This document shows, in pieces, positions 39,101 to 48,755 of a stretch of DNA of 64,000 nt. Position 1 is the stretch's first letter. Each line of letters begins with the position of its first letter. This stretch comes from Clostridia bacterium. Its GTDB lineage: Bacteria > Bacillota > Clostridia > Oscillospirales > CAG-382. The DNA is taken from positions 122,514 through 186,513 of the forward strand of contig JAFSNK010000021.1 in NCBI GenBank assembly GCA_017447445.1. Direction: 5' to 3'. A program made the position numbers and the translations under genes. A model generated the notes under the pieces. That model was not told the origin of the DNA and did not search any database. It was given only the letters and a program-made list of their open reading frames with translations.

Positions 39101-40513
39101 ATGCTTTTTGCCGATCTTTTATTCGTTTTCGTTTTCTTTACTCTGTGTATCGCGTGCTACTTCATAGCGCCGAACATAAAGATAAAGAACATAGTGCTGG
39201 TGGTGTTTTCCCTGCTGTTCTATGCGTGGGGGGAACCGAAGCTCGTGTTCCTGTTCGTGTTCAGCGCGCTTGTGAACTATCTGCTTGCGCTGCAGATAGA
39301 TAAGCGGCGCGGCACAAAATGGAGCAAGGGTTTTCTGGCGATCGCGCTCGTATACGACATAGGGATGCTGTTCGTGTTCAAATACACCGATTTTATGATA
39401 AACAACATAAACGGCATATTCGGCACTTCCATCCCGCTTTCCAAAATAGCGCTTCCGCTCGGCATCAGTTTTTATACCTTCCAGATAATCTCCTATATGA
39501 TCGACGTTTACTGGGAAAAGGTGGCTGTGCAGCGCAACTTCGGCAAGCTTCTTATGTATATCTCGCTGTTCCCTCAGCTTGTCGCCGGTCCCATAGTTCG
39601 CTATGCGACCATCGCCGAGGAGATAGATGACCGGCGCACCACCGTCCAGGACGCGTACGACGGGTTCAAGCGGCTGATCATCGGTCTTACGAAAAAGGTT
39701 TTGCTTGCAAACAACCTCAACCTGATAGTCGAAGCGTGCTTCGGAAAGGATATCGCGCAGGCGACGGTGCTGGGCACCTGGATAGGCGTTATCGCCTATT
39801 CTATGCAGGTGTATTTCGACTTTTCGGGTTATTCGGATATGGCGATAGGTATGGGCAGGATATTCGGCTTCCATTTCGACGAAAACTTCAAGTATCCGTT
39901 CATATGCCGTTCAATAACCGAATTCTGGCAAAGGTGGCATATCTCGCTGGGCAGCTTCTTCCGCGATTACCTGCTTCCGGTGCCGATATTCGGCAAACGC
40001 CGCCAGACGCTTTCGCTGTTTTTGGTGTGGTTCACCACCGGTCTGTGGCACGGCGCGAGTTGGAACTACGTTATCTGGGGCTTGTATTTCGGGCTGTTCC
40101 TTTATATCGAAACGAAGATCGGCAAAAAACGGCTTAAAAAGGTGCCCGACGTACTGATGCATATTTACAACAAGATAGTTATCATAGTCGGGTTCGGAAT
40201 ATTCTATTTCACCGATTTCGGTATGCTCGGCAACTTTTTCAAAAACCTTGTCGGCGCGAACGGGAACGCTTTCGTCGACGGAAAGACGGTGCAGGCGCTT
40301 CAGGATCATCTGTTCATAATAATCATCGCGGTGATCGCCTGCTTCCCCGTCGCGAAGCTTCTGAAAAAGCTGTTCGACAAGACGAACCCGGCGGTGCAGT
40401 CCGCGGCGTATATATGCCTTACCCTCTTCCTTGTCGCGGCGCTGTTCACCGACACGGTGATACTCGTAAGAACGTTCAGTTCCAACAACCCGTTCCTTTA
40501 CTGGAAGTTTTAG
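39101..40513 (+). CDS. MBOAT O-acyltransferase (AlgI/PatA/DltB type)
   Basis: LPLGISFYTFQ, FDFSGYSDMAIG, FWQRWHISL, GLWHG, C-terminal NPFLYWKF. Confidence 0.93.
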   Translation: MLFADLLFVFVFFTLCIACYFIAPNIKIKNIVLVVFSLLFYAWGEPKLVFLFVFSALVNYLLALQIDKRRGTKWSKGFLAIALVYDIGMLFVFKYTDFMINNINGIFGTSIPLSKIALPLGISFYTFQIISYMIDVYWEKVAVQRNFGKLLMYISLFPQLVAGPIVRYATIAEEIDDRRTTVQDAYDGFKRLIIGLTKKVLLANNLNLIVEACFGKDIAQATVLGTWIGVIAYSMQVYFDFSGYSDMAIGMGRIFGFHFDENFKYPFICRSITEFWQRWHISLGSFFRDYLLPVPIFGKRRQTLSLFLVWFTTGLWHGASWNYVIWGLYFGLFLYIETKIGKKRLKKVPDVLMHIYNKIVIIVGFGIFYFTDFGMLGNFFKNLVGANGNAFVDGKTVQALQDHLFIIIIAVIACFPVAKLLKKLFDKTNPAVQSAAYICLTLFLVAALFTDTVILVRTFSSNNPFLYWKF

Positions 40514-40522
40514 GAGGCGGAC

Positions 40523-41890
40523 ATGAAAGAAAAAGTTCTTAAGATTTGCCTTATCCTCCTCGTGCTCGTGTTTGCTTTTATGTTCGTGTTCACGGTGTTC
40601 TTCAAGCATACGGAGGAATCGAATTACGACAAACTTTCCGAATGGCCGGAATTGAACGCGGACAGCTATTTCTCCAGCGAATATTTCAAAGGCGTTATGC
40701 ACTGGTTTACCGACCACATCCCCGGGCGCGATACGTTTATCGATTACGAAGCGCACGTCCGCGCGCTGTACGGGCTCCCGCGGGACGAGGAAGTGATCAA
40801 CCGCGGTGGCAACGACGTCACGGACGAATCGTCCGCGGCGGAATCCTCGGAAGCGGTCTCCGATCCCGTCGAATCGTCGGAAGCGCCCTCCAAGGACCCG
40901 GTGGAATTCAGCGAGGTCTCGTTTGAAGACACCTCCGGCGAGGTGAGCGAATTCTCGCAGCCGGACAGCGATCCGGAAGGCGACGTCGAGCTTTGCAACA
41001 CCGTGCTCGTTATCGGCCACCGCGGTCTGGAAGTGTTCTACGGCAACCTGCCCGGCGCCGAACGTTACGCCGGGATACTCAACTCGCTTGCCGAAAAGCT
41101 GCCCGAAAACGTTACGCTTTATTCGATGGTCATACCCAAGGCGGGCGCTTACTATATCTGGCAGTCGAAGCAGTTCGGTTATACCGCCAACGCGAATAAA
41201 GAGAATATCGACAGGATATCGGAACTGCTTTCCGACAAGGTGGTGGACGTGAACGTTTACAATACGCTGGGCGTTCACTCGGACGAACCGATCTATTACC
41301 GCACCGACCACCACTGGACGGCGCTCGGCTGCTATTACGGCACGCAGGTGTTCGCGCAGAAAGCCGGAGTTACCTGGCACGACCTTTCGGATTACGAAAA
41401 GCACACCCGCGAAGGATACGTGGGCACGCTTTACACGTTTTCGAACAACAGTCCGAAGCTGGGCGATTACCCGGAGGATTTCGATTATTACGTTCCAAAG
41501 ACCTCCTATACCGCCGAATACGGCAACAAAGAAGACCTTTCCGGCTTGTTCCCGCACGAGCAGGGGCTTTATTGGGACATTGCCGACAGCCAGAGAAGCG
41601 GCTGGTACTTCATGTTCATGTACGGCGATATCTTTTCGGCAAGGATAAGATCCGATACCTGCAAAAACGGACGCAAGCTGCTGGTTGTTAAAGACAGCTA
41701 CGGCAACCCGGTGCCGCAGTATCTGGTGGACAGCTTTGAAGAAATATACGTTGTGGATATGCGCGAATACAAACGCACCATAACCGAAACTGTTGAAACA
41801 TACGGAATTACCGACGTACTTGTCGCAGAATGTTCATTCTCGGCGGTCGGAGGAATAATACTTGATAAATTAGAAGGAATCTGCAAATGA
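40523..41890 (+). CDS. DHHW family (AlgJ/AlgX-like) membrane-anchored protein
   Basis: YYRTDHHWTALG, VVKDSYGN, VVDMR. Confidence 0.88.
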   Translation: MKEKVLKICLILLVLVFAFMFVFTVFFKHTEESNYDKLSEWPELNADSYFSSEYFKGVMHWFTDHIPGRDTFIDYEAHVRALYGLPRDEEVINRGGNDVTDESSAAESSEAVSDPVESSEAPSKDPVEFSEVSFEDTSGEVSEFSQPDSDPEGDVELCNTVLVIGHRGLEVFYGNLPGAERYAGILNSLAEKLPENVTLYSMVIPKAGAYYIWQSKQFGYTANANKENIDRISELLSDKVVDVNVYNTLGVHSDEPIYYRTDHHWTALGCYYGTQVFAQKAGVTWHDLSDYEKHTREGYVGTLYTFSNNSPKLGDYPEDFDYYVPKTSYTAEYGNKEDLSGLFPHEQGLYWDIADSQRSGWYFMFMYGDIFSARIRSDTCKNGRKLLVVKDSYGNPVPQYLVDSFEEIYVVDMREYKRTITETVETYGITDVLVAECSFSAVGGIILDKLEGICK

Positions 41891-43260
41891 ACGTTAAAAA
41901 AGCATTATCACTGATTATCGCGCTGTTTACCCTGCTTTCTTTCGCCGCCTGCGATTTTTCGGGCGAGAAGAACAATTCAGTCCCCGAATCGGGGATCAGC
42001 ACTCCCGCTTCTTCAAAAGCGGAAAGCACGGTTTCGCAAGACGAAAGCACCGGCCCGAACGTTATCGAAAAAACGTTTACCGGAGTAAACGTGCTTCTTG
42101 ACGGCACCGACGCGCTCGAGGATTCGGGCTACACGCTCGACAGCGTGTTCGACCGGCAGATAGACGTTACCGTCAGAGGCGCGGAAGAAGACGTCAACTC
42201 GCTTATGCTTGCCGATATTTCCGCGTATATAGACGTTGCTTCCGTCGCGGACGAAGGCGAAGCGGACTTTCTTATCTACGTAAACGTGCCGGATAAAGTC
42301 GATTTCGTTTCCGCTTCCGAAAGCACCGTTACCGTAAAGATAGTAAAACGCGAAGTCGAGATCGTTCCGGTCCAGGACGGCGACGCTTATATGCAGGGCG
42401 GCATAATCATTACCGGAAAACGCGGGATGGAACCGTTCGGAGGCACCGCGGCTTACGGCGCTGCCACCGCGAAAACGATAAACAACTTTAAGAAGGCGAT
42501 AGGCGACGGCGTTAACGTTTACGTGCTTGCCGAACCGCTTGCTTCCGCGTTCTACGCGCCGGAAAAATACGCGTACGCGATCAAGAACCACAAGGATTGC
42601 TTCGAAGGTCTGCGCGACGCGCTGGAAGACGTTAAATACGTCGACGCGCTCGGCGCTTTAAGTCTTCACATCGACGAAGATATTTATTCCCGCACCGACC
42701 ACCACTGGAACGCGCTGGGCGCCTATTACGCCTGCAAAGAGTTTGCAAAAACGGCGGGCACTCCGTTCGACGATCTTTCCACCTTCACGGTGCAGAGCGA
42801 AAGCGGTATCGTCGGATCGCTTTACGCGTTCTCCAAAGCTCAGGTGCTTAAAGACAACCCAGATACCTTCGTTTGGTACATACCCACGCGCAACCACAGC
42901 GTCAGCTATTACAACGTAAACAACTTTTCCGGCCCGATAATGTCCGATAAAACGCTGTTCTCCAACGCAAGCGGGTATATCAAATTCATCTACGGAGATT
43001 CCTACACCACCGATATAATCACCGACGTAGGCAACGGCAGAAGACTTCTCGTTTTCAAGGACAGCTACGGCAACGCGCTGGCTCCCTTCCTCGTTTCGAT
43101 GTTCGACGAAATAATCATCGCCGACTTCCGCGAGTTCCAGGTGGATACACGCGCGTTCATAAAAGAGCACGGCATAACCGACGTGTGCTTTGCGCTGTGC
43201 GCGTTCGCGACCGTCAACGCGGGCAGCTACGTCAACAAACTCGTTGCAAACATGAAATAA
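41887..43260 (+). CDS. DHHW family lipoprotein with YbbR-like domain
   Basis: Lipobox FAAC; VTVRG..DISAYID..VNVP..VTVKI; RTDHHWNALG, KDSYGN. Confidence 0.82.
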   Translation: MNVKKALSLIIALFTLLSFAACDFSGEKNNSVPESGISTPASSKAESTVSQDESTGPNVIEKTFTGVNVLLDGTDALEDSGYTLDSVFDRQIDVTVRGAEEDVNSLMLADISAYIDVASVADEGEADFLIYVNVPDKVDFVSASESTVTVKIVKREVEIVPVQDGDAYMQGGIIITGKRGMEPFGGTAAYGAATAKTINNFKKAIGDGVNVYVLAEPLASAFYAPEKYAYAIKNHKDCFEGLRDALEDVKYVDALGALSLHIDEDIYSRTDHHWNALGAYYACKEFAKTAGTPFDDLSTFTVQSESGIVGSLYAFSKAQVLKDNPDTFVWYIPTRNHSVSYYNVNNFSGPIMSDKTLFSNASGYIKFIYGDSYTTDIITDVGNGRRLLVFKDSYGNALAPFLVSMFDEIIIADFREFQVDTRAFIKEHGITDVCFALCAFATVNAGSYVNKLVANMK

Positions 43261-43272
43261 GGAGTTGATTCT

Positions 43273-45054
43273 ATGGCCTCGGCAGGATATCCTTTCGATC
43301 CCGCGGAAATAACCGAAAAGCGCAAACGCATCAAGCGCGAGCTTCTTGCCGACGGCACGAAGCGGATAAAAAAGAATATCGCGGTGCTCGGCGGATCCAC
43401 GACAAACGATATCGTTTCCGCGTTGGAGGTATTCCTTCTGCGCGAAGGTATAGAGCCCGCGTTTTACCAGTCGGAATACAACCGCTTCTGGCAGGACGCG
43501 ATGTTCGAAAACGCCGAACTGCGCGAATTCAAGCCAGACGTGATATTTATACACACGTCCTACCGTAATATCGCCGCGTTCCTTCCCGCGGCTTCGGCTT
43601 CCAAAGAGGATTGCGAAAGCGCGCTTAACGAACGGTTCGATTACTACCGCAGGATGTGGGACCGCCTGCTTTCGGAATACGCCTGCCCTGTCGTTCAGAA
43701 CAACTTCGAACTGCCGCCCTACCGCATAATGGGCAACCGCGATTGCTTCGATAACGCCGGGAGCGTGCGCTTTATAAATACGCTAAACGGTATGTTCGCC
43801 GACTACGCGCGCGAGCATCAGGGGTTCTATATAAACGATATAAACTACGTTTCCTCCTGCGTGGGGCTCGACAGATGGCACGACGAAAAGGCGTGGTGTA
43901 TGTATAAATACTGCTGCGCGGTGGACGTTATACCCTATCTTTCTTTCAACGTTTCGCGCATAATAAAATCGCTGTTCGGCAGGAACAAAAAGGTGCTTGC
44001 GCTCGACCTGGACAACACGCTTTGGGGCGGCGTTGTCGGCGACGACGGCGTGGAGGGGATCGAAATAGGCGAAGAGACCGGGACCGCCGAATGCTTCAAG
44101 GGTTTTCAGACTTACCTGAAGAAGCAAAAAGACATCGGCATAATGCTTACTGTCGCTTCCAAGAACGACCACGAAAACGCCGTTGCGGGGCTGAACCACC
44201 CGGAAGGCGTACTGCGTCCGGACGATTTTATAGTGATAAAAGCCAACTGGGAGACAAAGGACCGCAACCTTGCCGCCACGGCGAAGGAGATGGATCTCGG
44301 TATAGATTCCTTTGTATTCCTGGACGACAACCCCACCGAGCGCGCGCTCGTTTCGCGCAGTCTGCCCGCGGTTTCCGTCCCGCCGATGGATTCTCCGGAC
44401 GAATATATACGCACCGTTGATAAAAACGGGTATTTCGAAGTAACGAATTTTTCCGCGGACGACCTTAAACGAAACGATATGTATAAGGCGAACGTAAAAC
44501 GCGCGGAACAGATGACGGAGTTCACCGATTATCACGAATACCTGTTAAGTCTGGATATGCGCGCGGAGATACTTCCCTTCTCGCCCGTGTATATGCAGCG
44601 CATATCGCAGTTGACGAACAAATCCAACCAGTTCAACCTTACGACGCGGCGCTATACCCAGCCGGAGATCGAATCAGTCGCCGCGGACGGAAATCATATT
44701 ACGCTTTACGGCAAGCTGGAGGATACCTTCGGCGACAACGGAGTGGTCTCCGTCGTGATAGGCGCCGTCGACGGCGCGGTCTGCGATATCGAGCTGTGGC
44801 TTATGAGCTGCCGCGTGCTTAAAAAGAACATGGAGTACGCTATGCTCGATACCCTTGCCGGCGAATGCGCAAAGCGCGGGATCACGGAGCTTGTGGGGCA
44901 CTACTACCCCACCGCGAAAAACGGAATGGTAAAAGAGCTTTACTCCGATTTCGGTTTCACCAAGACTTCGGAGGACGAAAACGGCAATACCGAATGGAGA
45001 TTAAAGCTTGAAGGTTATAAGAACCGAAACGACGTAATAAAAATCAATCAATAA
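43273..45054 (+). CDS. FkbH-like HAD-IIIC glyceryl transferase/phosphatase
   Basis: DLDNTLWGG, ASKND, FLDDNP, KSNQFNLTT, LMSCRV. Confidence 0.92.
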   Translation: MASAGYPFDPAEITEKRKRIKRELLADGTKRIKKNIAVLGGSTTNDIVSALEVFLLREGIEPAFYQSEYNRFWQDAMFENAELREFKPDVIFIHTSYRNIAAFLPAASASKEDCESALNERFDYYRRMWDRLLSEYACPVVQNNFELPPYRIMGNRDCFDNAGSVRFINTLNGMFADYAREHQGFYINDINYVSSCVGLDRWHDEKAWCMYKYCCAVDVIPYLSFNVSRIIKSLFGRNKKVLALDLDNTLWGGVVGDDGVEGIEIGEETGTAECFKGFQTYLKKQKDIGIMLTVASKNDHENAVAGLNHPEGVLRPDDFIVIKANWETKDRNLAATAKEMDLGIDSFVFLDDNPTERALVSRSLPAVSVPPMDSPDEYIRTVDKNGYFEVTNFSADDLKRNDMYKANVKRAEQMTEFTDYHEYLLSLDMRAEILPFSPVYMQRISQLTNKSNQFNLTTRRYTQPEIESVAADGNHITLYGKLEDTFGDNGVVSVVIGAVDGAVCDIELWLMSCRVLKKNMEYAMLDTLAGECAKRGITELVGHYYPTAKNGMVKELYSDFGFTKTSEDENGNTEWRLKLEGYKNRNDVIKINQ

Positions 45055-45066
45055 AGGAGTACCGCC

Positions 45067-45303
45067 ATGGCAGATAACATCAACGAAAGATTAAACGAGG
45101 TTTTCAGAAACGTATTTGACGACGATTCCATTAACGTAACGCGTGAAACCACCGCCGACGACATAGAGGATTGGGACAGTCTGGAGCACATCCGTCTTAT
45201 CGGCGCGGTGGAACGCGAATTCGGCGTGAGATTCACAATGAAAGAAGTAAGCACGATGAAAAACGTCGGCGAGATGATGGACATAATCGCCGAACGCGGA
45301 TAG
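45067..45303 (+). CDS. Acyl carrier protein
   Basis: DWDSLEH motif, acidic, 78 aa. Confidence 0.9.
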   Translation: MADNINERLNEVFRNVFDDDSINVTRETTADDIEDWDSLEHIRLIGAVEREFGVRFTMKEVSTMKNVGEMMDIIAERG

Positions 45304-45314
45304 AGGTAAAATAT

Positions 45315-45575
45315 ATGGAAAATACAAATCAATATATCTGCCAGTGCTGCGGTATGCCGCTTGGCGAAGAAACGTTCAGCAAAGAGCCGGACGGCAGCGT
45401 AAACAAAGAATACTGCAAGTGGTGCTATGCGGACGGAAAGTTCAGGTATTCGTCCATAGAACAGCTTATGGATTTTATCGTTCCGCACATGACGAACGAG
45501 AATTATTCCGAAGAACAGGTACGCGAATACTTCGGAAAACTGCTTCCCCAGCTTAAGCACTGGAAGCAACAGTAA
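45315..45575 (+). CDS. Zinc-ribbon protein (Zn_ribbon_2-like)
   Basis: CQCCGMP, YCKWCY, LPQLKHWK; GAGG RBS. Confidence 0.82.
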   Translation: MENTNQYICQCCGMPLGEETFSKEPDGSVNKEYCKWCYADGKFRYSSIEQLMDFIVPHMTNENYSEEQVREYFGKLLPQLKHWKQQ

Positions 45576-45585
45576 CGCGGAATAC

Positions 45586-45616
45586 AAAAAAGCCCGAAAA
45601 CGCTTCGGGCTTTTTT
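45586..45616. terminator. Bidirectional terminator
   Basis: AAAAAAGCCCGAA..TTCGGGCTTTTTT. Confidence 0.85.
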
Positions 45617-45626
45617 ATTTGTTTGC

Positions 45627-46421
45627 TTAATCAAACGTATTCAGTTTTTTGCCGAAATACCCGGCGGTCTGTTCCAGCTCTTCTAACGAAGGAGCGTTAA
45701 GCGGTTCCCTGCCGGAAGAAATGATCTTCAGCCTTATCTCCGCCGCTTTTGCAACGGTGTGCGCCACCCCGAACGCGTCCTTTATCGACGTGCCGGAAGC
45801 GAACAGACCGTGGAACGCCCAGATCACCGCGTCGCGTTCGGGAATAAGCTCCGCGGTCGCGTCCGCAAGCTCCGGGCTGCCTGGGATACGGAACGGCACC
45901 ACTCCCACTCCGCGCGGGAATACGAACGGGCATTCCGTAAGAGCGCTCCAGAGCGCCGTGGTGAAGCTTTTGTCCTCTAACGGCAAGACGTTCGTTAAAA
46001 CGACAAGATCGGCAGGATGGCAATGATAGACCGCCCTGCGACCGTCTCCGGCGCGTTTGAACGCCGCAAGCGACAAAAGATGCCCGCAAAGCTCGCTCGT
46101 GGGCTTTTCGGCGCCCCAAACCACTCTGTAGCCGCTTCCTCCGCCGCACACTCTGCAAATACAGAAGCTTGTTTCGTCCATATCGGTGAAATAGCTCCCC
46201 GTCGCGGTGGTGAAGACGTATTCGCCGTCCATTTCCGGCACCGCGCGCGCAAGCTTGCGCGGGGGGCGCGTTTCATCAAAGCAGGGCGAAGCGGAAGCAA
46301 CCTCCTCCGGCAAGAGCCAAAGCGAGATATTCCCGGCGTTGCGCTCGTGCCAGCCGAAAGCCGCGCCGATAGATATAAACTTTACCACTTCGCGGTAGAA
46401 TCCGAGTTCCGTAATACCCAT
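45627..46421 (-). CDS. Class II aldolase, rhamnulose-1-phosphate aldolase-like
   Basis: GWHERNAGNIS, PTSEL, HCHP, WAFHG. Confidence 0.82.
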   Translation of the reverse strand: MGITELGFYREVVKFISIGAAFGWHERNAGNISLWLLPEEVASASPCFDETRPPRKLARAVPEMDGEYVFTTATGSYFTDMDETSFCICRVCGGGSGYRVVWGAEKPTSELCGHLLSLAAFKRAGDGRRAVYHCHPADLVVLTNVLPLEDKSFTTALWSALTECPFVFPRGVGVVPFRIPGSPELADATAELIPERDAVIWAFHGLFASGTSIKDAFGVAHTVAKAAEIRLKIISSGREPLNAPSLEELEQTAGYFGKKLNTFD

Positions 46422-46422
46422 A

Positions 46423-47043
46423 TCAGCCGTTCTCTATAAGGTCGCAGATCACGGGCGCGAGTATCTTCGCAATAAGCTTCCTTCCCTCCTCGGCGGGATG
46501 AACGCCGTCGGCGGAGATAAGCGCGGGCGCGATCGCGTTTTTCCCGGTGGACGCCTGAGCAAGCAGACCGTCAAGCGGAATGAATCTGTCGGCGTACTTC
46601 ATCGCCAGCGCGCGCGTTTCGTCCAGTTTCGGATCAAGGTCTTCGCGGTAATTATCCCGCCCCATACCGTATATAAGGAAACATTCGATCATCACGATCC
46701 TGGCGTGAGTTTTTTCTTTTATGGCTTTAAGTATCGCTTCGTAATTTTCGCGGAACTGTTCGGGCGTCGTCGGATCGTTCATATCGTACCTTCGCCAGGT
46801 GTCGTTCACTCCGATAAGGATGGTAACTATATCGGGATCAATATCGATTATATCCTTTTGAACGCGCGCCAGCACGTCCTTGGTGCGGTCGCCGCTTACT
46901 CCGCGGTTTATGAACTCCGCGTCCGGACAGCGCTCCTTAACAAGCTCCGCGGTGTATTTCGGGTAACCCTGCCCCAAATCAAAATGATCTTCTCTTATAC
47001 GCGAAGCGTCCGTTACGCTGTCGCCCTGAAACAGTATTCTCAT
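46423..47043 (-). CDS. SGNH/GDSL hydrolase
   Basis: FQGDSVTD, NRGVSG, IGVND, DGVHP; GGAGG RBS. Confidence 0.9.
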   Translation of the reverse strand: MRILFQGDSVTDASRIREDHFDLGQGYPKYTAELVKERCPDAEFINRGVSGDRTKDVLARVQKDIIDIDPDIVTILIGVNDTWRRYDMNDPTTPEQFRENYEAILKAIKEKTHARIVMIECFLIYGMGRDNYREDLDPKLDETRALAMKYADRFIPLDGLLAQASTGKNAIAPALISADGVHPAEEGRKLIAKILAPVICDLIENG

Positions 47044-47372
47044 ATTAAACCTCCGTTTGCAACGTTTTTTCTCGGTCGGATCCGAACGGCCGGTCGCCGG
47101 CTCGTTCGCAAATACGCCTTTTCCGTTACGCGCAGACATTATATCATTGTATAAAATATCTGTCAATACTTTAGTGAAGAAGATAACGGTCTCCCTGCTG
47201 TTCGTTTGCTTGTTTCAGCGCGTGAAGAGCCTGATTTTTGCATCGGAAAACAGTTATTTTTTCAAAAAATATTGCGTTTTTAAGTTTTTCTGTGATATAA
47301 TTACGCAAACGTTTCAACAATGCCGGCGCGGGAGTCCGGGCGCGGCGGATACAAACGGACGGGGTGATAAAT

Positions 47373-48737
47373 ATGGAATACAGAACGGAACGCGACAGCA
47401 TCGGCGAAATATCCGTTCCCGCAGATAAGTATTGGGGCGCTCAGACGCAGCGAAGTTACAACAATTTCCGTATCGGCAAAGAAAAAATGCCGGAGGAGCT
47501 TTTGCGTGCGTTGGCGCTTGTGAAAAAGGCGTGCGCGCGCGCAAACCGCGCCATGAACGTACTGGACGACAGGCGCGCTGATATCATCTGCCGCGTATGC
47601 GACGAGATACTGCAAGGCAAGCACGATTCGCAGTTCCCGCTTTCGGTATGGCAGACGGGAAGCGGCACGCAGACCAATATGAACTTCAACGAGGTAATAG
47701 CGAACCGCGGCAACGAGATTGCGTGCGAAAAGCTTATACACCCCAACGACCACGCCAACCGTTCGCAAAGCTCAAACGACGTCTTCCCCACCGCGATACA
47801 TATCGCGGCGGTGCTTGCTGTCCGCCGCCGGCTTGAACCCGCGCTCGAAAAAATGGCCGGCGCGCTCCTGCGGCTTGAAGAAGAGAACAAAGGGATCATT
47901 AAAGTCGGGCGCACACATATGCAGGACGCCGTGCCTATTGCCTTTTCGCAGGAAATAAGCGCCTGGAGAGTGATGATCGAAAGGTCTTCGGACGCGGTAC
48001 ACAAAGCTTCGGAGTGTCTGCTCGACCTTGCGCTCGGCGGCACCGCGGTCGGCACCGGGATAAACTGCCCAAAGGGTTTTGCCGAAGAAGCGATAAGGAT
48101 GATTTCCGAAGAAACAGGGATATGCTTCCGCCCGGCGAAGAACAAATTCCACGCGCTTTCCGCAAAGGACGATATCGCTTTCTCGCACGGCGCGCTCAAA
48201 TCACTTGCCGCCGATCTTATGAAGATCGCAAACGATATCCGCCTGCTTTCTTCCGGCCCGCGCAGCGGTATCGGCGAAATAACGATCCCCGTGAACGAGC
48301 CCGGCTCTTCAATAATGCCGGGCAAGGTGAACCCCACGCAGTGCGAAGCGCTCACAATGGTCGCCGCGCAGGTTATGGGAAACGACGTTACGGTGGGCAT
48401 CGCGGCCTCGCAGGGGATATTACAGTTGAACGTCTATATGCCGGTGATCGCGTATTGCTTCCTGCAGTCGGTCGGCTTGCTCGCGGATGCGGCGGAATCT
48501 TTTACGGAGCACTGCCTTTCCGGTATCAAGGCGAACGGCGAAAAGATGGCATTTTTCCTTCGAAGTACGCTTATGACCGTTACGGCGCTGACGCCCCGCA
48601 TCGGCTACGACAACGCCGCCGCGACTGCGAAAGCCGCTCTTGAAAACGGCACCACGCTTAAAGAAGAAGCCGTGCGGCTGGGGTTTTTAACGCCGGAGGA
48701 GTTCGATGAAGTATTCAAACCGGAAGAAACGGTTTGA
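47373..48737 (+). CDS. fumC: Class II fumarate hydratase
   Basis: WQTGSGT, SQSSND, GSSIMPGKVNPTQCE. Confidence 0.95.
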   Translation: MEYRTERDSIGEISVPADKYWGAQTQRSYNNFRIGKEKMPEELLRALALVKKACARANRAMNVLDDRRADIICRVCDEILQGKHDSQFPLSVWQTGSGTQTNMNFNEVIANRGNEIACEKLIHPNDHANRSQSSNDVFPTAIHIAAVLAVRRRLEPALEKMAGALLRLEEENKGIIKVGRTHMQDAVPIAFSQEISAWRVMIERSSDAVHKASECLLDLALGGTAVGTGINCPKGFAEEAIRMISEETGICFRPAKNKFHALSAKDDIAFSHGALKSLAADLMKIANDIRLLSSGPRSGIGEITIPVNEPGSSIMPGKVNPTQCEALTMVAAQVMGNDVTVGIAASQGILQLNVYMPVIAYCFLQSVGLLADAAESFTEHCLSGIKANGEKMAFFLRSTLMTVTALTPRIGYDNAAATAKAALENGTTLKEEAVRLGFLTPEEFDEVFKPEETV

Positions 48738-48755
48738 ACCGAAAGGAACGGTAAA

